A DNA stretch of 64,000 bases from Geosiphon pyriformis uo1. Its lineage: Eukaryota; Fungi; Glomeromycota. The stretch lies in the NCBI GenBank assembly GCA_016748015.1, contig JAAOMT010000295.1, forward strand, positions 682,001 to 746,000. The letters are read 5' to 3'. A program made the position numbers and the translations under genes. This document shows, piece by piece, positions 1 through 13,600 of the stretch; the first letter of the stretch is position 1; each line of letters begins with the position of its first letter. The notes under the pieces were generated by a model. The model saw only the letters and a program-made list of their open reading frames with translations. It was not told the origin of the DNA and did not search any database.

Positions 1-973
1 AATAAATTTTTTGATTGATTTTTCAACTCAAATAAGAAGATAATAGCTAATAATTTATCTTTTATAATAGTTGCTAGTAAGATATTATTAGTTAATAGTT
101 GTGTTAATGATTTTGAATTATTAGATTAAGCATTTTTTGGGGTAACTAAGAGACTTAAATAGCTTTAAGAATTCAGATTTTGAGTGTACTTACCTCCTAA
201 ACTCCATTGACATAATTTTAATAACTGGTTTAATAAACTGGAAATTAGTTGATATATTATTATTGTTGATCTTTAATTCTGTTAGATGTAAGTAATTTTT
301 GGTCTTGGATTTTTGGTTAATATTAATACAATATTTTGGGGTGGTGCTTGAATTTGTTGAGATTAATAAATTATTTGTGACTATAAAGCTTAATAAATTA
401 CTAGTGCTAAAATCTGATAAATAGAAAGTAAGTATATTGATTATTGCATTATTGAAATATAATAAAACTAATATTAATATTGTTTAATTAAGTTGTTAAT
501 GTAATTTGGGTGTTTGAAATTAGCAATTGAGATTTTTATATTGGTTTTTAATTATAAATTATTAGACTTGAAATAACAATCTGCTTTTAGATAGTTTTGT
601 TTATTATAGTAGTTAGTAATTACATATTTTTTGTTATTACAATTAATTTGCTAATAATGATAACAAATATGATTAATTTTAAAAGTGATTGGAGTTTTTT
701 TGATTGTTATAACATTGTAAAAATTAATAAATTGCTAAATTGTTAGCTAAGTATCTCTCTAATTTTTGATTAATTAAATTATTAAATTGTTTTAGCTTAG
801 AATCTAGTTTAGATGATTTGTTTATTACTAAGTTGATGACTTAGACATAATTGGCTTCAAGTTCAATTAATTCAAAATTTTTGGCATATATAACTGTGTC
901 TTGAAAAGTATTTGGGTGCATTAAACAAAAAAATACTGTATAATTCATAAATAAATTAATTTAAAATCTGTAA

Positions 974-1874
974 TATTACTTATAAAAAAAGTACAAGAAA
1001 AAAAGTAGGAAAAACAAATAAAAAATAGACCAATAAAAGAATAGTACTTAGCAAATAAACACAATCAGAAAATTATAACATATTGCTTAGCAATATGCAT
1101 ATTGTCAGTAAATTATGACATACTGCTTAGCAATAAACATATTATTAGAGAAAATAGGGCACATTGCTTAAGAAAAGGCAAAATTTTGTATAATAAAAAT
1201 TATATATATATAGCAGAAGTATTAGAAACAAGAAAAACAGATTTGATACAGACAAAATCAATAAAACTCATTAATTACTTAATACTTCTTTCTTTAAAAA
1301 GTAGTTTTTTATAACTTGAAATAGAATTAATTCACATATTAATAAAATATCAATTATTAACTAAAATCTATGTTACTATTACTTGATTAAAAAAGATTAA
1401 TTAATTTCATGTTATTAATATTCAATATTAATAGAATCCAATACTTAACCACACTAGACCAATAATTTTTAATTATAGCTATTAACAGAATACTAATTTT
1501 TTATTTTTTATTTTATTTTTTATTTTTATTTTTATTTTTTTTTGTTTTATTTCTTTGTTGTTTACTAATTGATTAAAAAAATTAAGTACTGAGTATTTGA
1601 TGTCAAGAATAGTCTGATAAAAAACCTGAAAATAAAGGTAGAAATTTAAGAATAGCTTACCAAAAAGACATAACTATCAGAATAAACCAGCTATCATGTT
1701 AAAAAAAAAGATTTACAGAAGAAATTCTTAATTGAATTTTTGTTTATTATACAAAAAACTCAACCAAAATTTTTAGACTCCAAAATTTTCAGAAATTATT
1801 AATATCATCAACTATTGAGCACTATATTACAAATTTGTTATTTGTTTTAACACCCCAAATAATTATCTGTAACA
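974..1874 (+). mobile_element. Solo LTR (family B) inserted antisense into the gag of G1
   Basis: Termini TATTAC (decayed TGTTAC)...GTAACA. Flanks GTAA (970-973) and ATAA (1875-1878). Removing it plus one 4-bp copy restores the in-frame gag peptide FTVLQIL. Homologous to 3062-3893 and 3908-4776. Confidence 0.85.
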
Positions 1875-3061
1875 ATAATACTGTAAAGTAATCAGCATTA
1901 ATTGCTTGAATTTGACACAGATTTTTGTAGAAATGCCCTAAGTAAATAGTAACTGCTTTAATATTATCTTGTTTAATTATGGTAAAACTAGTTAACAAAT
2001 AATTAATTCTATTATTATTACTAAAATACTGTAAAAATATGGTTTTAAATATTTTAAATCTTGGGTTTGTTTATAAGATTTTGATATTACAAGTTGGCAG
2101 TATTTTGTAAAAAATAAAGAATTGCTTAAAAAGTTTTGATATTATCCTATCTATTGGCTGTAATAGCTTTTGTTATATTATTAAGTGATGTTTAAGTATT
2201 TTTTTCTTCATTGGTAAATTTTTCAAGCTTGGCAATTAATGTATATGTTATTTGTACAAGTTGTTGTTATTGTGGTTATTGCTAAACAGCAATTAATATT
2301 ATTGGCAGTTAATTAATTGAGATAACTAAAAATAAGTTTTGTGAAAAAATAAAAGTGAAGTTTGGATTGTTTGGGTTTGGTTGAGTTTGAACTTTCAGAT
2401 TATTTAGAATCATATTTTAATTATTATTTTTTTAATTGCTGTTTTTTTCTTTGGAGTCAATGTTTGTCTAATTACTAATAAATTCAAAATTTGGTTAAAG
2501 TGGCAGTAATTAAAGTCTTAATAGTATTAATAGTTGTAATTTAAATCTTTTAAAAAAATTACTATAGGTTCTTAATAATTTGGCTTTTTCTTAATTATTT
2601 TAAAATAGTACTTTAGATAATAGTATTTTTGATATAGGTGTGGTTATTGATGTTATTTGAATAGTGCTTTCAAGCATGTGATAATATGATAAATTGATAA
2701 ATAAAACAACTCTTGATTTTTTTCAAATAAATAGTTGTATTTTTTTTGGAATTTCTATTGGGGTTTGTAGCTTCTTTTTTTTTTGTTAGCAAAAATAATA
2801 AGAAATTTCTGTTTAGTATAATTTTTAATTTCGCAATTTATTATTATTATTATTAAGACAAAATTATGATTTTGTGAAAAGAAGACTAATTTTGCTGACC
2901 AATAATTATTCATTAATTTCAGATGAGTTTAATAATATTAGAATAAAAATATTGTGAATTTTAAATAATTTGTTTCTATTACTTCTAATTTTGCCACTTT
3001 TTTGAATAGTTAATATTAGTACTAATTTTTTATTAGATTATATCTTATAAGGAGCATTAAA

Positions 3062-3893
3062 TATTACAAATAATTATTTAAGATGTTAAAACAAATAATA
3101 AACCTGTAATATAATACTTAATAGCTAAGTATAATAGTAGTTTTTGAAGATTTTGAAGTTTAAAAATTTTGGTTAAGTTTTTTATATAATAAACAGAGAT
3201 TTAAATAATAGTTTTTTTCTTTAGTGTAATGGCCAGTTTATTTTAACAGTTATGCCTTTCTGGTAAGCTATTCTTAAGTTTTTTACTCTTGTTTTTAGGT
3301 TTTTTACCAGGCTATTCTTAATGTTAATTATTCAACACTTAATTTTTTTTAATTAATTAGTAAACAACAAAGAAAACAAAACAAAAAAAATAAAAAAAGA
3401 AATAAAAAATTAGTATTCTGTTAATAGCCATGATTAAGAACTATTGGCCTAATATAATTAAGTATTAAATTTTATCAACATAAAAAGTTGATAATATAGA
3501 ATTAATTAATATTTCTTAATTAAGCAATAAAAATATGAGTTTGGATAATAATAGATGTTTTATTAATATGGATATAATTTTATTTTATGTTATAGAAAAC
3601 TATTTTTAAAAAGAAAAGTATTAAATAATTATTTGTTTTTAATTACTGTCTTGTATTTAAATTTTAAATAAATAATTTTTTTGTTTTTAATACTCTTATT
3701 ATATATACATAATTCATATTATATAAAATTTTTAAAATTCTTCAATTCTTTTGAAAAAAATTCTGCAATTTCTTAAGAGAAATTCTGGAATTCTGTAATT
3801 TCTTAAAAAAAATCTTAAAATTTCTCTTTTTACTATATTTTTTTCTTATTGGCTATTTTTTTATTATTATGATTTTTATTTCTATAAATAACA
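3062..3893 (-). repeat. 5' LTR of G1 (family B)
   Basis: Reverse complement of 974-1874 and 3908-4776 over most of its length. Minus-strand start TGTTAT. Followed after TT by TAATGCTCCTTATAAGA (3059-3043), a transition-decayed TGG-type PBS. Confidence 0.8.
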
Positions 3894-3907
3894 ATAGTTG
3901 TATATAC

Positions 3908-4776
3908 TATTACTCATAGAATATAGGAAGTATATTAGCATATAAATTAGCCAATCAAAAGAAGCCATAGTAAATGTGAAATTTCAGGATTCCTCTCAAA
4001 GGAATTGCAGGATTCCAAGAATTTCAGGATTCTCATATAAAGAATCACAGGATTCCAGAATTCTAGGATTCCTCTTAAAAGAATTGCAGGATTCTAGGAA
4101 TCCCAAAATTTCTTGTAAAGAATTGAGGAATTGAGAAATCTCAATTATGTATATATATCAGTAATATTAAAAGTAGAAAAAGACAGACCTTTTAGTTTAG
4201 ATTTGATCTAAGCAATCTTCTATATTACAAATATCAAATAAATAATTATTTACTATCTCAAATCTACTCTTCACTATTAACACTTTATGTTGATAATAAT
4301 TGATACTTAAACACACTGGAACAACAGCTTTTGATCACGGCTATTGATGGAATACTAACTTTTATCATCTTGGCTTATTTTTTTATTTTTTTTTATTTTT
4401 TTTATTTTTTTTTATTTTTTTTGTTGTGTACTGATTGATTAAAGGATTAAAGCACTGAGTTATTGACATCAAGGATTGCCTGGTAAAAGACCTCTGCAAG
4501 TAGGTAGAGCATATAAAAGAATTATGGATTACTTACCAGAGAAGTACTGGCCATCAAGTTGAAGAAAAAAATTGACAGAATTGCGATTCTGGGAAACTAC
4601 AAATAAACAATTATTGAATCTCTGTTCATTATACAAAGGATTCAACAAAAAACCCTTCCAATCACAATACCTTTAGATTACAATACTTTCAGATTACTAT
4701 CATTATGAATAGCTTCCAAACATTATATTACAGGTTTTGTTATTTGATTTAAGACTCCAAATAATCATCTGTAACA
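3908..4776 (+). mobile_element. Solo LTR (family B), less decayed copy
   Basis: Termini TATTAC...AAATAATCATCTGTAACA. Flanks ATAC/ATGT can both derive from one 4-mer by transitions. Confidence 0.8.
3985..4110 (+). repeat. Tandem array of CAGGATTCC/GGAATTGCAGGATTC units (higher-order period ~39 bp) inside the LTR
   Basis: Directly visible. A decayed inverted copy lies at ~3730-3825. Confidence 0.8.
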
Positions 4777-5164
4777 ATGTTTAACAAAATTAAAGAAGCT
4801 TTAAATAAGCTAATTATAAAATCAATAATAAGAGAGCAGACATTAAAAATCTCCAAAAAATGGAAAAAAAAACTTTTATTAATATACTAGTTCTTTAAAA
4901 TTAATAAAAAATTAAATCTACAAATATTATACTTAAATATTAACAAACAAATATTCAACAGAAAAGCTTTCAAACAAGTAAAAAAATTTATCAAGAAAAA
5001 CAACTTAATTCTATATTATAAAACAACATATTGATTGTATTCAGTATTTAAATATTGTTTAGTTATACTATTAAACAATTCACTAAAAGTTATTACAATT
5101 AACAAAATAGAACAAATAACAAATTCACAGTTTGAAGATTTATAAAAAGCAATATTTAACACAA

Positions 5165-7956
5165 TAATTGAATATTATAAAAAAAACTATTGATTATATT
5201 TTTATTAATAAACATTTTTTGTTAATGATTATTGGTTATAAAATTTTTAATGTATCTAAGTATTTTAATACTAATTATAAAATTGTATTAATTTTTTTTG
5301 GCTTAAATAATCTTTTAGATGTTTATTTGAATACTCAAACAGGCCAATTGTGATTGTTAAAAATTTGGAATAAAAGATGTTAATAAATTAAAATAAACAT
5401 AATTTAAGAAGTGTTTAATATTGGATATAAATTTGTTTTAGAGTAAATTTCAAAATATGAAAAGACAGAATATGTTGGATGTAATATAGAAGTGTTTATA
5501 AAAAGTAATAATAAATTTGGCAAATAAAATTTTCTTTAAACATTGGTATAATAAGTTTAATGCTTTGAAAAATAAACAATTTTTAAAATTTTACAAATTA
5601 GAAATCTTGGTTTTTAAAATAGTTAAGACTTTTGTCTTTAAGAATATTTCTAATTTTGAATATTTTATAAAAGTTTGATTAGAAGTTAATAATATTAAGG
5701 CTTTTAATGTTTAATCTTTGGTTAATTATAAGGCAAAATTTGAAGATATTCTTAATTATCTATTTAAAACTAGAAAAAATTATCACATGTTAAAGTTTTG
5801 TAAATTGAAAGCTGCTAAAGCATTAATTATTAAGAAATTTATTAATAAGAAAATAAAAAATATTTGTACAAATAAAAAATACATAATAAAAAATGTTTTA
5901 AAACAGTTTTTTTGAAAAATAATGCTGAATTATTTTATAGTTAAAAATAAATTGGTTCTAGAGCCAAATAATATAAAAAGTAGAGTAAATAATATTATAA
6001 AAGACTAGACAAAAAAGCATTTGATGCTAAAGACTATATTTGGTTTTTGGTCTTGCCAGTATGTGTTTTTGGATTATATAGATAATGATATGTTCTCTAG
6101 TATAATAAATAAAATTAGTTTTAAAGAGTTGAAGTACATAGTTAATTGTTTTCTTAATAACAAAGCTACTGGTCTTAGTAATAATGTTTTAAAATATCTT
6201 TTGGATTTGTTAAATAGTTGTTTGGTTTTGAAATTTGTTTTTGAATTTTAGAAAAAAACCTAGGTCTTTATGATTTCAAAACTATATAATTGAAAAGAGG
6301 TGTTAATAAACATTAGATTTATTGTTCTAATAAAGATGACAAAAAAATTCTGTTAAAAATATTGTTAAATTGTATCTTTACTACATATAGCAATTTTGAT
6401 ATATTTTATGAAACCAATTTTTTTGTGTTTAAAGACACCTTAACTCAGAATTTTATTTTTGTAATAGACTTTATTGTTAAAGATACTTTGAAAAAGAGTA
6501 GAAAAATGTGGTTGGATTTACAAAATATACATAAAATTTACAATTTTATTGACTGAATTTATCTACAACAAAGTTTAAAACAGATAAAAATATGTAAGAA
6601 GTTTATTAGATTTTTTGGCAATCTACATAAAAATAAACTTAATAAAATTATAACAGATTTTGGACTTTCAAATAAATACAAAATAAATAATAATTTGGAT
6701 CAAAATAAGATTTTTTTGCTACTTTTTTGAAAAATATTTTATGATTTTCTTTTGTTTAAGATTAAAAAACATAAGTATTTATGTGAATACTGTATTAATA
6801 CTAAGTTTGTTGTCAAGTTTAAGAAGATAAAAGCCAATCTAGACAAAACATTTTTTTTTACAGCTGGTATTTTTGTTAATAATACTATTTGAATAGAAAA
6901 TAGTTATATATTTACACAATATATTTTAAATATTGCTAAGTAATTTTTTTTGTTAATAATATTCAATTAACAATAAGAAAATAGTGGCTATTCTTATTAA
7001 TCAAAAAATTAGAGTTGTTTTTTTGTCTATTGATAAGTTGCCAATTGTGATAATATAAAAGTATAAGCTATACAGATATCTGAAAATTTTTTTGTTAATT
7101 AAAAATATGTTTAAGTTAAGCTTGACTAAAGCATATTTTAATGTCAAGTTTTTTTTTAATATGGTTTTGTAAAAGACTTTGACAAATAGACAGTTTTTTT
7201 ATTTGGTATTAATTATATTATAGCTAATAATTAATTATAAAATACAGTTTAGTTTTGTTTTGAAAAATGTGTGTAACAAATAAAATATCTTAATAAAAAA
7301 AACTTAGAGCCAAGGCTAATCTGCTAAAAAACTTTTTTAGTAAGTTTTTGTATTATTTTTCTTTGTATAAACTAAAATTATTTAAGCAAATACAAACAGA
7401 AAATAAGACTGCCTTAATGATTTTTTTCTAATGCTATTGGTATTCTTGGTTATTTATTTAATTATTAGTTCTTAAATTTGTAAGTTTTGGGTTAGATACT
7501 ATTGAATTTTTTATAGTTTTTTGTGAAGTTAAACGTTAGTTTAATAAACAATTTTCTTGCAAATATAGTAAAAATTTTTTTAAACAATAAGTTATTTTTG
7601 ACTAATAATCTGTGCAATGCTTTTTATAACTCTAACAAGTTTTTAATATCAGTAATTTTGAAGGCTTTTTGTTATTATAATGTAATTAATTCTTTAAAAC
7701 ACTTTGAAATAACTTTTAGTAATAAGTTTTTAGATAAGCATAAAGCAATTATAAATTGAAAAATATTTTGTTAGTAGAAAAAGTTAGATTTAAGAAATCT
7801 GGTTTAATATTGCTTTTAAATTTATGTTCTTTTCTAGTTTTAGCTCTTTGTGTATATTTTTTATTTGTAATTTCTTTAGTGTTTTGAATTCTGGTAATTT
7901 TTGGCTGTTTAAAATTAGTTGCATTAAATTTGGTTTAAAAGTTTTGTTGTTTATAC
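5165..7956 (+). mobile_element. LINE copy A, heavily decayed ORF2 fragment (end of APE, RT, start of RNase H)
   Basis: Motifs KTIDYIF..FNTNY (APE), WLDLQNIHKIYNFI (decayed QDxxKAYD), AGIFVNN (decayed FVDD). Ends at GTTTATAC, the VYT of the RNase H VYTDG motif, where an LTR is inserted. Confidence 0.85.
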
Positions 7957-8773
7957 TGTTATGATTGAAATTCATAGTTTTTATTAGTTATTATATGTAT
8001 TAGTCACTAATATTATCTAATTAGCCACTTTATTTTTAGATAGTAATTATTAATCTGATCAATAATTTAATTATTAATTTGATTAATAACTTGATCAATA
8101 ATCTAATTATTAAACTAATTGTTGATTTGGTTATTAACTATTTTTAATAACTATATAAACAATGAGTTCTTTAGCTATAGAAAAATATAATTAAAATTAT
8201 AAAATAAAACTTATTATTATTATTTTTTCTTATATTGCTTATTTTTTTTCTCTATTTTTAAGTATTTAAATATCTTAAGATAAAAAATTATTTGTTTAGC
8301 ATTTATATATCTTATCTTTTTTTTTTTTTATATTGTTAAAATTAATTTGAAAAATAATTATTTGCTTTTGTAATTTATTAAAAAAAAAAAAATTAAAAAG
8401 CATAATAATATCTGTTATTAATTCTAAAAATTATTAAGTTAAATCATAGAATAATAATAGTAATATTATCTTATTAACAATTATAAATTATTTCTCTACT
8501 TTTAAATTCTCAAAAAATATTTGCAGTTATAATTTTTATAAAACTAATTATGTACATTGAATTTTTATTCAATTTTTTTGTTAATATATAATTATATCAG
8601 TTGTTTATTAGTTATGTTTAACAAATTATGATATTTTTATAAAGTCAGCTTATTTAATAATACAAATTACAAAATATGGTTAATTAGAAGTAAAAAATCT
8701 TAATTATATATTAGTACTATCTATGTTATTTAATATATTAAACATATTTAATTCATATATTTTATTTATAATA
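7957..8773 (+). mobile_element. LTR (family A) interrupting LINE A; 3' boundary uncertain
   Basis: Starts TGTTATGATTGAAA and is colinear with 25353 onward for ~600 bp, including a 12-bp tandem array at ~8050-8140. Confidence 0.7.
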
Positions 8774-10631
8774 TTAATAAATTCATGACTATTTTTAACA
8801 AGATTACTTATTTATTTAGTGATTTAATCAAAATTAGATTTAATACCTAAAGACTAAACTGTTTACAATTCTATTATTCTGTTAAAAGTATTATTGTAGA
8901 CCAAAAAATTATTATTATTATTATTATTATTATTATTTATATTGTTATTATTAAACATGTCTATTAAGTAAACCTATTTATATATTTTCTTTAGATTTAT
9001 TATATTTTTTTGAAGCTTGAAAATTATATTACTAACAGTTTTTATTTGTTTAACAATTACAGTCAAAATTTTTTATATAGTCATATTTACAATAGATGGA
9101 ATAGACAACAAAGTAGTAATTAATACAACCAAAAAGCCAATAGATTCAATTACAGATTTAATTAATAAAAACAGCTCATTGAAATAGAATTTCAGAAAAA
9201 CCAACTTGGATTTAACAGCAGTATTTGAAACAGCAAAAACAACAAACAATATAAATACTACAGCTTTAAGAAAAAATTAAGTACAAGATTTATATTAATA
9301 ATAATAGCAATAAGAAGAATCACAAAAACAGCAGCTTTATCATAATATTTAGTTTTAGCAAATAACAATTTAAAAACTTTGGAATTACCAGTAAAGTTAA
9401 AAAAAAACTTGGAAGAAAAAAATAGCAATACTTTATAATTCACAGTCAAATAATCTAAACCTTAATATTTGTAATAGTAATAACATTTAAGATTTCTTAT
9501 CAAATATAATATTTATACAAAATACTAGTTTTTAATACAGTATTGGCTAAAAATTTCAATAATTCAAAGATTACTACAGCAAAACATTGACATTAATAAG
9601 AATTAAAAAAGCAAAGAATAAAGTATATATAATGTTATAAGTAAACTTGGCAAGATATAATAATAATATTTGGTGCTCTATATTTAAATAAAAGAACTTA
9701 AAGAGTTTTTTTTGTTTAGTATAATAGACAGAATAAAATTATCAGTTTTTAAAGATTTTTAATATATGTAAATTTACTTGTGAAGTTCTTTAGTTATAAA
9801 ACACAAAGATATGATTTAACTATTTGCAATTAATTATATATAAGCTATTTTTTTCAAGCTAATTAAACATAATTGCTAAAGTCTAATATTGTTTTTTTAT
9901 CTTTCTGGTAAGCTAACAAGATAAAATTAATATCTAAACTTAAAGAAAGATTTTTTTTTTATTGGACTATTATAAAGTCTATTTTCAAATAGTTAATTTT
10001 TTTAATATTACTGTTTTACTAAAAAAATTAAAAAATTAAAAAAAAATTAGTATTGTTAATTGTTTTAATCAAGAGCAATTAGTTCAAGTTATTAAAGTTT
10101 TAAAGCTATTTATACTAAAAACATTTGGTCTAAAATAAAGATAAAAAACATAATTAATTTAACTTTGACAACACAAATTTGGAAATCATATACAAGTAAA
10201 TTAAACAATATTTTTATTTAATTGTAAATATAAAAATATAGAAAAAATAAGATAAAAAAAATTTATTAAGTTTTAAAGTTAAGATATATTTTTTTGGAAA
10301 TGGGTTCTTATTTTTTATTTGTCTTTTTTTTATTTGCTAAAACTATTTATTTTTATACATATTTTCTAATTTTACAAAATTGTTTTCAATTATTTGTTAT
10401 TACTAATTATTATTTATTATTTCTGCTGTTGTTTTATTTTATTATACTATAATTAATTATTTTATGTTATAATTAGTTATTCTGTGCTATTTTATATTTT
10501 TATTATTATTATTATTTAATAAATAAGATCCAATCACTACTTAGTACAATACATCAACTTAGTGATCTAAACTAGGCATAAATCATGCATTTTTCATATA
10601 TGACCAGCCACTTAGGCTAATCAAAACAACA

Positions 10632-13600
10632 CTATGCATCTATACAAACTGAAACCACACTATCTAAACCTGAAAAAAACCAACAAGAATTACAAAAACC
10701 AAAACTAACACTAAAAGCATTAGCAATACCCAACAATTTAACTATACCAGCAAAAAACACTAAAGAAAGCCCAAACACTGAGATTAGAACAGACCCATCA
10801 TGCAGAATTAGTTTATTTTTTTTCATAAATGCCCAGTATTTGACATGAGCCAACCAAATCTTCTCCCTAATTGCAAGGCCAAATCTGTGCACAAAGTTCA
10901 CAACCATCCAACCTGCAATTTTAAAATCTTTAAAAATAGAAAGAGACTCCTGATACCAATCATTAAAGACAAAACCCTTGCTCAAAGCTACACACATGGC
11001 AACATTAAAAGAACAGGAACTCAAACACTATGATACACATGAGACCAAGCAAGACAGACCAAAAATTACCCTCCAATTAGCTGCATAAGTGTCCAACAAC
11101 TGAACATGAACATCAGAATCAAATGAACAGAAGAAAGCATAATCTGAGACCTCAATATCCCTACAAAACAAACATACTACACTCAGATAACTCTTGACAT
11201 ACAAATGCTTACAAACAGTAACAGAAAGCCAGTATTGCAAAGCCTTCATAAAATAAGTATAAATGCCAACAGTACTTCTATTAGTGAAGCCAAAAGCCAA
11301 ATGCAAATTAAAATGCCACATTAAAAACAACCTAAACCAATCAATATCTACATACAGAACATCTACCACAACTTGAGAACCAAAGCCAACTTCTCAGCAT
11401 ACCCAATAGACAGACTGAAACATATCATGAACAAAATATCTAGAATTAGCAGAAACAACACTACCACCAGCTTTAATATAACACTTGGCAATATGTTGAA
11501 AGAAATATTGATTAGAGAAACAAATAGCCTTTGCAAAAGCATCAGTATGCTTATTGCTCAGAACACCTAAATGACTTTTAATCTTATGTCAACTGACTTT
11601 CAAATTCTTTTTATGAATGACACTTATGATATGATAATGCTCAATCTAATATCAATTCCGGAAGTTAAAACACAACAAGTCCAATTCCAATTTACAAGCA
11701 TCTAAAGCAGACTGACTGTCTGAGAAAATTTGAACTGAACTAGAAGAAGAAATGCACTCAAGTGCCAGAGCAACAGCTTATAGCTTGGTTATAGTGGAGA
11801 ACACCAAACCAGAAACTTCAACACCCAAACCTAAACCAATATCCTTAAAAAAAACTGCTGTATCAGTCTTCATGTTAAGAGTTTCCAAACTGCTAAGAGA
11901 TCCATCCATATAAACAAAAAGACAATCAGCTTCAACACCTAATAAATGATCACAAATAACCCCAAATTCATAAGATTCAAGAATGTTCAATGAATTAATG
12001 TTCATCAAAAGAGGAAAACAAATGGAAAAAAAAGAGCACCATCAAGAAAACAAACAGAAAGTTCAAACCAGTCAGAAATTAGGCCATGTGGGTCCAATCT
12101 TTTCCACCACTTAAACGTTTTCTAATTAAAAACTGCACCAGCACAATTGCAAAGCTGCTCAGCAAAAGCAATCTCATATCATCAAAACAAAAAGACATAT
12201 TTGAAAAACTTGGAACCATCAAAAACAAAAGACAAAAGAGTACCATCTCAGAACCAAAAAGCATTAGTTACAAAACCTTCCAAAGACAGATCACACTCCA
12301 AAAAAATACAGACTATACCAGCTAAAAAATTATTTGATAGACAAATATTGACATGGAATGAAAAAAGCAAAAAATGATAAGGATTTTAGCTAAGCACTTG
12401 CAGATTATGTGATCTATACACAAACAGATGACCCAGAATGCCAACTGAATTTGAAAACCAAACAACAGAAGCTGATTTGCTTTTAGCTTGAATTTGTTTA
12501 AAAGTTTTTAAATTATATAATGAGAAATAGTAAAGTACATTATTGAAAAAGTTATGCTGAAGACCAGATTTGGACTTCAAGCCCTTGTAAATCAAAGTGT
12601 CTCACTTATTACATACACTAACAGAAACAAAACTAAATTGAAACTTATAGTTGACAATCAAAAAAAAAACTGCTGACACCAAATATGAGAACTGTTTATC
12701 AGAGATAGTTTTTTTCAAAACAAAATTGGCAAAAAAATAAATGTCCATATAAGCCTTAACTAAGCTGGGCTTCAACAAACCTTCAGTAGACAGAAAGATA
12801 CCTAAGTACCAATAAAACTTCTTTTTTTTAGCAACAGAAATAGGCAAGCCACTGATCAATAAGAAAGAGTGTACAACTCTGCAATTAATAAGAATGACTA
12901 CAGTCTTGTCATTGTTGATTGAAATATCATTGAGCTGAAAAAATTCACTAGCAATGTTGAGAATATACTGAATAGTGATTTGGCTGTTACCAACCCAAAT
13001 TATATCATTAACAAATGCACCAGCAGCAAAAAAAGACATCAAACCAGCTTGAAATTCTAAGTGACCAGTTTTGACAATAAAATACAAATTCAACCTGTAC
13101 TTACATACACTTTCCTGTCTCTTGACTTTACACAACAGAGGATTATAAAATATGTACCAAAGAAGAGGTGAAAATACCTCCACTTGGTTCAAATTATCAT
13201 GCACCTGATATTCACTTGTCAATCCAAAATCAGTTATTACTCTGTTAACCCAACCATTATGAATGCTGCCAAAAAATCAAATGAATTTATCACACATTTT
13301 TATCTTGACTAAGCTCTTCCTAAAATGCTTCCACCTAACAAAGTCATAAGCTTTCTCTATGTCTTGCAAGACAAACCAGAGTTCATGATTCTTTTTCAAA
13401 GCATTTTTAATAACCAAACCAATAGCAAAAATAAGAGATTGTATTATTGTGCCTTTTAAAACAGAAAAATTATCCCCTCTGAGAACATCAAAAACACTGT
13501 ATGCTAAAAAAATCCTGTCTAAAAGAATTTTGGAAAGAATCTTGTAAGCTGTTTTAATCAGAACAATCAAATAGGTATTCATAAAAACTCCCTCTCATTC

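Larger units (their letters stand above)
1..3893 (-). mobile_element. Decayed Ty3/Gypsy element G1: 5' LTR, PBS and gag region; continues off the left edge
   Basis: Minus-strand translation of ~2250-900 gives a decayed gag (IAKLEKFT..KAITANR..YFLQNTAN..QIQAINADYFTVLQILN) that aligns by eye with the gag at 57460-57900. LTR at 3062-3893 is followed by a decayed PBS. Confidence 0.8.
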
